64,000 nucleotides of DNA from an uncultured Lachnospiraceae bacterium (GTDB lineage: Bacteria > Bacillota > Clostridia > Lachnospirales > Lachnospiraceae): positions 34,692 through 98,691 of the forward strand of contig URMK01000022.1 in NCBI GenBank assembly GCA_900548905.1, read 5' to 3'. Position numbers and translations under genes: made by a program. This document shows positions 58,945-64,000 of the stretch, piece after piece. Every line of letters starts with the position of its first letter. The stretch's first letter is position 1. The notes below the pieces were generated by a model. The model ran no database searches. It was not told the DNA's origin and saw only the letters and a list, made by a program, of their open reading frames with translations.

Positions 58945-58948
58945 ACAC

Positions 58949-59031
58949 TGCCGGCGGCGGGACTTGAACCCGCACGTGGTTGCCCACAACAGATTTTGAG
59001 TCTGCCTCGTCTGCCATTCCGACACGCCGGC
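58949..59031 (-). tRNA. tRNA-Leu(CAA)
   Basis: GCCGGCG acceptor stem, anticodon loop CTCAAAA, long variable arm, GGTTCAAGTCC T-arm; CCA not encoded. Confidence 0.96.
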
Positions 59032-59138
59032 ATTCCAGCTTCCTTGTTTCCAATTCAGCCGAAATTAATAATACCATATCCGGAAGTTTCTGACAAGCTT
59101 TTTCAGTTTACTTTTTCAAAAACTTTGTTCCGTCAGAC

Positions 59139-60410
59139 TTAGAAATGAAATTTATCATATATATCAAAACAGTCAAATGTTGCAAAATAATCCTTAGGGG
59201 TCTCTGCTCTGCGGATTAACTGAACATCTCCGTTTTCCTTCAGCAAAAGTTCGGCAGATTTAAGCTTACCGTTATAATTATACCCCATGGCAAACCCGTG
59301 AGCCCCGGTATCATGAATGACCAGATAGTCACCCATCTCCACTTCGGGAAGCATTCTGTCAATAGCAAACTTATCATTATTTTCACACAGAGAACCTGTA
59401 ATATCATACCTGTGATCGCAGGCCTGGTTTTCTTTACCAAGAACCGTAATGTGATGATACGCTCCGTACATTGCGGGACGCATCAGATTTACTGCACAGG
59501 CATCACAGCCAATATACTCCTTATGCGTATGCTTTTCATGTATGGCCCGGGTAACCAGATGACCGTATGGTGCCATCATAAACCGTCCAAGCTCCGTATA
59601 AATAGCCACATCTCCCATGCCGGCAGGAATCAGGACCTCTTCATATACCGCTCTGACCCCCTCTCCGATTGCCAGTATATCATTCCCCTCCTGTTCCGGA
59701 AAATAAGGAATCCCGATACCTCCAGAGAGATTAATGAAGCGGATATCCGCCCCTGTTTCCTTTTTCAGCCGCACTGCCAGTTCAAACATTTCCTTTGCGA
59801 GAACAGGATAATATTCGTTGGTAACCGTATTGCTTGCCAGAAAAGCATGAATCCCAAAATGTTTCACCCCTTTATCCATCAGAATACGGAAGCCTTCAAA
59901 CATCTGCTCTGTGGTAAATCCATACTTGGAATCTCCGGGATTATCCATAATACTGTTGCTTATTTTAAATACGCCGCCCGGATTATAACGGCAGCTTATA
60001 GTCTCAGGAAGCTTTCCCACAATACCTTCCAGAAACGAGATATGTGTGATATCATCCAAATTAATTGTGGCTCCCAGCTTTGCCGCATAAGCAAATTCTT
60101 CAGCAGGGGTATCGTTGGAAGAAAACATGATATCCTCTCCGCTGACATCCATAGCCTCGCTGAGCATCAGCTCCGTCAGAGAAGAACAGTCACAGCCGCA
60201 GCCGAATTCTCTCAGTATGTCCATTAAAAAGGGGTTAGGAGTAGCCTTTACCGCAAAAAATTCCTTATAACCTTTATTCCAGGAAAAAGCCTGCTTCAGC
60301 TTCCTCGCATTTTCCCGGATTCCTTTTTCGTCATATATATGGAAAGGAGTGGGATATGTCTTCACAATTTCCTCTATTTGTTCTTTGGTCACGAAAGGTA
60401 TCTTATTCAT
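59139..60410 (-). CDS. lysA: Diaminopimelate decarboxylase
   Basis: FAVKATPN PLP Lys, SKYG, NLSGGIG, ELGRF, GSLCENND, GAHG. Confidence 0.93.
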   Translation of the reverse strand: MNKIPFVTKEQIEEIVKTYPTPFHIYDEKGIRENARKLKQAFSWNKGYKEFFAVKATPNPFLMDILREFGCGCDCSSLTELMLSEAMDVSGEDIMFSSNDTPAEEFAYAAKLGATINLDDITHISFLEGIVGKLPETISCRYNPGGVFKISNSIMDNPGDSKYGFTTEQMFEGFRILMDKGVKHFGIHAFLASNTVTNEYYPVLAKEMFELAVRLKKETGADIRFINLSGGIGIPYFPEQEGNDILAIGEGVRAVYEEVLIPAGMGDVAIYTELGRFMMAPYGHLVTRAIHEKHTHKEYIGCDACAVNLMRPAMYGAYHHITVLGKENQACDHRYDITGSLCENNDKFAIDRMLPEVEMGDYLVIHDTGAHGFAMGYNYNGKLKSAELLLKENGDVQLIRRAETPKDYFATFDCFDIYDKFHF

Positions 60411-61141
60411 TCTCTTATGTCTCCTTTTGTTTTCTTTTTTTTACCTGTAAGTTCTATCAGTTTAATCTCATTCCGCATGGCTTCCTTTAAGGCATCTACA
60501 AATACCCTTTGGCCGGAATACAGGCAAATATCCCTGCTGCTCCCTGTCAATTCGCCTGTCAGGACATATTTGGAATCGGAAATAAGACGGATCTGGTTTT
60601 CCTTTCCCTCCGTTTTATAGCAAACTGCAGTTTTCAGCCGTTCCGGAACTCTGTCTGTAAGAAGTACCACCTTTATTTTTTTCTGAAGCAGCTGCAATAA
60701 GTCCTTTTCCATATCCGCAAGTCTGGTTCCTGATGCAGAAAGATAAATCCGCTTTTCCGCCTGCTCCATCATATGATGCATCTTATCAAGAATCTGCTGC
60801 TCTCCCTCAATAGTGATGTAACCTTCACTGGGTTCGTCGGCCGCCGGCATATTCTCTGCAAGCCACTGCTTGGTACTCTCCAGCATACGCAGCTTGTTAT
60901 CACAAAATTCCTCCACAGAAACGGCCATATACTTACTGCTGCTGCCCTTCATCAAATAAGCGGCACCTTTTTCTGTTAATCCAGCTAAAGCATTATAGAC
61001 ATTTGACCGTGAAATTCCAGTCAGCTTTGCCGCCTCATATCCGGTAAGCGTTCCGTTCCTGTTCAGACACAGGTAAATGGATGCCTCCTGTCTGGTGAGA
61101 CCAAACATCATCAGTTTTTCAATATAACTCATCTCATCCAT
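60407..61141 (-). CDS. TrmB-family transcriptional regulator
   Basis: FGLTRQEA..TGYEAAKLTGISRSNVY..L.EKG; promoter TTGACA-N17-TATAGT at 61213-61185. Confidence 0.85.
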   Translation of the reverse strand: MDEMSYIEKLMMFGLTRQEASIYLCLNRNGTLTGYEAAKLTGISRSNVYNALAGLTEKGAAYLMKGSSSKYMAVSVEEFCDNKLRMLESTKQWLAENMPAADEPSEGYITIEGEQQILDKMHHMMEQAEKRIYLSASGTRLADMEKDLLQLLQKKIKVVLLTDRVPERLKTAVCYKTEGKENQIRLISDSKYVLTGELTGSSRDICLYSGQRVFVDALKEAMRNEIKLIELTGKKKKTKGDIRE

Positions 61142-61308
61142 AAGCTGCCTCATCTTTAATTCATTAGTAGTTTTATACAGGAACACTATAAACTCTCCTA
61201 TATCATTTGTCAAGTCGGAAAAACAGAAATAATAAAAAGTCTCATCAGATTTTTTATCCTGACAAGACTTTTTTTACTGTAAAAGATTTGTATTAAGCGC
61301 CCTGCCTA

Positions 61309-61986
61309 TCAGATATTTTCTATCTGCCAGTCAACAGGATCCACACCATTGCTTTTTAAGAAGTCATTGGCTTTACTGAAATGCCTGCATCCAAAAAATC
61401 CCCGGAACGCAGACAACGGGCTTGGATGCGGTGCCTTTAATATTAAATGCTTCGGATTGGTAAGCATGGGAATTTTGCTCTGGGCAGGTCTGCCCCACAG
61501 CATATATACAATCGGCCTGTCCTGACGGTTTACCGCTTCTATCACAGCATCTGTAAACTGTTCCCATCCCTGTCCCTGATGGGAGTTTGCCCGATGTGCC
61601 CTGACCGTTAATACGGTATTCAGCATAAGCACTCCCTGATCGGCCCATTTCTTCAAATAACCGTTATTGGGAATATAACAGCCCAAATCCTCCTGCAGCT
61701 CCTGATAAATATTCACCAGAGAAGGAGGTATTTCCTTCTGCTCCGGCTTTACGGAAAAGCTGAGGCCATGCGCCTGATTTTCATTATGATAAGGATCCTG
61801 TCCTAAAATTACTACTTTTACCTTACTTAACGGTGTAAAATGAAAAGCATTAAAAATCTCATCGGCAGGAGGATACACCACATATGTGGAGTATTCCTTC
61901 TGTACAAAACGGAATAGCTGCGCATAATATGGCTTTCTGAACTCCTCATTGATTTCATCCAGCCAGTCATTCTGAATCATTCCCAT
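61309..61986 (-). CDS. ung: Uracil-DNA glycosylase
   Basis: ILGQDPYH, PPSL, LNTVLTV, HPSPLS. Confidence 0.97.
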   Translation of the reverse strand: MGMIQNDWLDEINEEFRKPYYAQLFRFVQKEYSTYVVYPPADEIFNAFHFTPLSKVKVVILGQDPYHNENQAHGLSFSVKPEQKEIPPSLVNIYQELQEDLGCYIPNNGYLKKWADQGVLMLNTVLTVRAHRANSHQGQGWEQFTDAVIEAVNRQDRPIVYMLWGRPAQSKIPMLTNPKHLILKAPHPSPLSAFRGFFGCRHFSKANDFLKSNGVDPVDWQIENI

Positions 61987-62017
61987 CTTTTGTATCTCCC
62001 ACTTTTCGTTATTTTTA

Positions 62018-62779
62018 TTATAAGCGTACGGAAACTCCCTTGGCCCGAAGAAAGGCCTTAACCTCCCGGATCTCCAATTCCTTGTAATGGAACAGGGAGG
62101 CGGCAAGAACAGCTTCCGCCCCTCCTTCTGTAAGCGCATCATAAAAATGCCCCAGTGTTCCTGCTCCGCCGGAAGCAATCACCGGTACAGGAACCAGATC
62201 CGCAATTTTGCGTGTCAATTCAATATCATACCCTGTCTTCATCCCATCACAGTCCATACTGGTAAGTAAAATCTCTCCTGCGCCCAACCGGGTTACCTTT
62301 TCCGCCCAGGAAAGGGCATCAATTCCCACATCAACCCTTCCGCCGTTCTTATAAATATTCCAACCACTGCCATCCGGGCGTCTTTTGGCATCCATAGCTA
62401 CCACCACACACTGACTCCCGAACTTATCCGCCGCCTCAGATATCAGCTCGGGTCTGTTTATAGCCGAAGAATTAATGGATATTTTATCCGCCCCCTCACG
62501 CAGAAGAACCTTGAAATCTTCTACCGACCGGATTCCTCCCCCTACGGTAAATGGTATAAACACTTTTTCAGCCACTTTGCGTACCATGTCAACTACGGTG
62601 TTCCTGTTATCGGAGGAAGCGGTAATATCCAGAAAGACAAGTTCATCAGCACCCGCCTTGTCATAGGCTTCGCCGATTTCCACCGGATCACCGGCATCCT
62701 GAAGATTAACAAAATTTACCCCCTTTACCACTCTTCCGTTATGTACGTCCAGACAAGGTATAATTCTTTTAGTATGCAT
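62018..62779 (-). CDS. hisF: Imidazole glycerol phosphate synthase HisF (start may be 62785)
   Basis: [30 protein letters not shown]. Confidence 0.97.
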   Translation of the reverse strand: MHTKRIIPCLDVHNGRVVKGVNFVNLQDAGDPVEIGEAYDKAGADELVFLDITASSDNRNTVVDMVRKVAEKVFIPFTVGGGIRSVEDFKVLLREGADKISINSSAINRPELISEAADKFGSQCVVVAMDAKRRPDGSGWNIYKNGGRVDVGIDALSWAEKVTRLGAGEILLTSMDCDGMKTGYDIELTRKIADLVPVPVIASGGAGTLGHFYDALTEGGAEAVLAASLFHYKELEIREVKAFLRAKGVSVRL

Positions 62780-62794
62780 CCCCATATCTCCTTA

Positions 62795-63403
62795 TTATGT
62801 AAGAGAAACAAAATTCTTTAATATTGTAAGTCCCACGGAAGAACTTTTCTCCGGATGGAACTGACAGGCAAAAATATTATCCTTTTCCACCGACGCATGA
62901 ATGCGGGTACCATATTCGGTCTCTGCTGTAATAATCGATGGTTCCGACGACTTCAAATAATAGGAATGGACAAAATAGACATAAGAGTTCTCTCTCACTC
63001 CTGCAAAAAGACGCCCCGGATTGGGATAAGATAAAGAGTTCCATCCGATGTGCGGAATTTTTATTCCGGGCTTCTCCGGAATACGAAGAATTTCTCCCGG
63101 AAGAATACCCAGCCCATCCACCCCTTCACATTCCTCGCTCCGTTCAAATAATAGCTGAAGACCAAGACAGATTCCAAGGAATGGAGTTCCCTTTTTCACC
63201 ACTTCCTTAATGATGTCTGTCAATCCAAAGGAACATAGCTTTTCCATGGCATCTCCAAAGGCTCCTACACCGGGAAGTATTACCTTATCAGCTTCCATAA
63301 TACATTTCTTTTCCCTTGTAATCACAGCCCCTTCGCCCAAAGCCTGCAGGGCTTTTTCCACACTCTTAATATTTCCGGCATCATAATCTATAATTGCTAT
63401 CAT
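62795..63403 (-). CDS. hisH: Imidazole glycerol phosphate synthase HisH
   Basis: IIDYDAGN, LPGVG, GICLGLQ, YFVHSY, QFHPEKS. Confidence 0.97.
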   Translation of the reverse strand: MIAIIDYDAGNIKSVEKALQALGEGAVITREKKCIMEADKVILPGVGAFGDAMEKLCSFGLTDIIKEVVKKGTPFLGICLGLQLLFERSEECEGVDGLGILPGEILRIPEKPGIKIPHIGWNSLSYPNPGRLFAGVRENSYVYFVHSYYLKSSEPSIITAETEYGTRIHASVEKDNIFACQFHPEKSSSVGLTILKNFVSLT

Positions 63404-63525
63404 GCTTTTCATCCCTTCTTAGGCATTTTACTTTATTCCATTACCGTAGTGTAGCATACTTAAGGTATCTCTGCAATATTTCACCCTTCATTTTGTAATC
63501 GTTCAGACAATTATGACCTGTTACC

Positions 63526-64000
63526 TTATTTTCCGTCACCCAATAAGAAATCCACAGGATTAACCTTGACAGCAGACGCTCTTCCGGCCAATTCTTCTGT
63601 TACGTATGGAAGCTTGTCATGAATTCGGAAAAAGAAAGCTTTTTGATTAAAGAAAGCAACTTTTTCAAATGGAAACCGAATTACGGAAGGATATTCCATG
63701 CCTGCCCCCAGTTCTATTATACAGAGTTTTCTGTTAAGAGTTCCCTGAAGCCATCGGGTGTATTTTTCCCACTGGGGCAGGTACCCTTCTTCCCTGTAAC
63801 CGGGTGTTCCTATCTGATTAAACCAAAGCGTATGGCAACACTGCGCACAAACCGGAAAATCCACAAAGGAAAGGTCACCGTCACAATGATCTATTTCATC
63901 AAGCACCTGTAAAATGACATGTCCATCCGTTACAAGCGCTTCCTGATCCATACGGCATTCCTCTTCACACTGTAAAGCTCTGAATCCGCCGCAGGGCGTA
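63526..64000 (-). CDS. Sir2-like protein, 3' part (runs off window end)
   Basis: Frame open to the edge: PCGGFRALQCEEEC..VCAQC..IELGAGMEYPSVIRFPFE. Confidence 0.6.
   Translation of the reverse strand, partial: TPCGGFRALQCEEECRMDQEALVTDGHVILQVLDEIDHCDGDLSFVDFPVCAQCCHTLWFNQIGTPGYREEGYLPQWEKYTRWLQGTLNRKLCIIELGAGMEYPSVIRFPFEKVAFFNQKAFFFRIHDKLPYVTEELAGRASAVKVNPVDFLLGDGK

Noticed and set aside
58777..59142. ORFs spanning the tRNA
   Set aside because: Artefacts of the tRNA-Leu sequence.

Overview
A mostly housekeeping chromosomal segment from a Firmicute, probably Clostridia/Lachnospiraceae (inferred from gene order and sequence style). Most genes lie on the minus strand. In order: rbgA(partial)-lepB-rplS-trmD-rimM-khpA-rpsP-ffh-ylxM; yitT, ilvA; ftsY-smc-rnc-acpP-plsX-rpmF-DUF177; an MBOAT+SGNH O-acyltransferase pair; a T-box-controlled trpEGDCFBA operon; ackA-pta with divergent tmcAL; DUF711/ACT, a metallo-hydrolase, coaE, polA; a self-contained GlcNAc PTS operon with a BglG-type antiterminator and RAT; two tandem SGNH hydrolases and a frameshifted IS3-family element; an ABC exporter; MATE/MerR and chromate-transporter/LysR modules; an AT-rich islet next to tRNA-Leu(CAA); then lysA, trmB, ung, hisF, hisH and a partial Sir2-like gene. 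Most unusual observations: (1) one palindromic 18-bp unit (ATGGAAnnAAAGnATTCC, peptide ME-x-K-x-S) forms separate in-frame arrays inside three consecutive genes, rnc, smc and ftsY; (2) TrmD is fused to a ~235-aa GNAT acetyltransferase; (3) a 133-bp MITE with 18-bp TIRs and an 8-bp target duplication; (4) a 27-codon hydrophobic ORF with a sequestered RBS (type I toxin candidate) in the tRNA-adjacent islet. All calls are made by eye from the sequence and ORF track; no database searches were run.
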